Assembly: GCF_001194135.2 (NCBI RefSeq)
Contig: NC_069000.1
Coordinates: 21,672,674-21,736,673, forward strand
Length of the DNA stretch: 64,000 bases
Direction of reading: 5' to 3'
Source: Octopus bimaculoides
Lineage: Eukaryota
Shown: in pieces, positions 63,291-64,000 of the stretch
Position numbering within the stretch: position 1 is the stretch's first letter
Layout: every line of letters begins with the position of its first letter
Translations under genes and position numbers: made by a program
The notes under the pieces: generated by a model
Told to the model about the DNA's origin: nothing
Seen by the model: only the letters and a program-made list of their open reading frames with translations
Database searches by the model: none

Positions 63291-64000
63291 CTGTTTGTCC
63301 TGTTCCATTACCTACCAGTCTATATATGTGTCAAGAGTTTTGTCCATTTTTCAGTCTGCCTCTTTCTTTTTTACATTTATGCCATTTTTCTGGTGTCCAT
63401 TCATCTGCCAGTATTTCTCTCCAGTTTTCTCTATCCACCTTCTCTCTCTCTTTCTGTATGTATGTATGTATATATATGTATATGTATTTCTATCTATCTT
63501 CTTCTTTCTCAGTCTTTCCATATACCTGGCAGTCTCTTGCTATGTCTGACAATCTCCGGTTTGTTTCATTCTCTGCATGCATCTATCTGTCTTTCTCCGC
63601 CAATATACTTTCCATGTCTCTTTTTCTCTCTGTCTGGTGATGTTGATTAAAAAGAAAATTCATTGAAACCATAAAGTCAAGTCTTCATTTACCTACTCAC
63701 CACATACAGACTACATGTTAATGTTTGTTCTTTCTGTATTTCTATTGGTACCTTAATAGATTTTATCCCCTAAAAAATGGCAACTTCATTCCATCCATCT
63801 GAAGTTTCTACCTTTCCAACTTAAAACACTCTCTATCTCACCTCTTTTTCTTACCGTGTTCTAATCAAGATAACCTTTCCACAGGCTCTGTTTCTAGAAT
63901 TCACTAACTTTCTTCAATTACAAACCTGCAAATACCCACAGTTATTATCAACCACATTGTTTTTACTCAGTCAGTGTTTTCACACTCTAGCAGAATATGG

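Overview
AT-rich, repeat-dense animal genomic DNA from a draft assembly. There are 11 N-gaps: 9211-9672, 10328-10427, 10727-10736, 13720-13979, 17439-17507, 29313-29322, 36068-36302, 47133-47255, 54018-54309, ~58606-58615 and 62673-62841. The repeat families (CORE-type and Nin/Deu-type tRNA SINEs, RTE LINEs, Tc1/mariner, hAT/piggyBac/Tigger-like MITEs) match what I recall from Octopus, so a coleoid cephalopod is the likely source (inference, no database search). The only confidently identified host coding sequence is one 84-nt internal exon of RNA polymerase I/II/III shared subunit RPB8 (POLR2H) at 51891-51974 (+). Its neighbouring coding exons are not visible, so most of the window is probably very long intron. 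Nearly all ORFs in the supplied track are microsatellite, SINE, gap or decayed-transposon artefacts. No complete novel system is demonstrable from sequence alone. The best leads are: (1) candidate recursive-splice (AG|GTAAGT) sites and stop-containing cryptic exons upstream of the RPB8 exon; (2) minimal hammerhead-ribozyme motifs in Penelope-like remnants; (3) a 1.46-kb nested fold-back and a family of ~100-nt hairpin elements that would be ADAR substrates; (4) an RTE retrotransposon ending in three C2H2 zinc fingers; (5) a CpG-rich to CpG-poor transition near 9-15 kb; (6) two orphan candidate first exons in the CpG-rich part.
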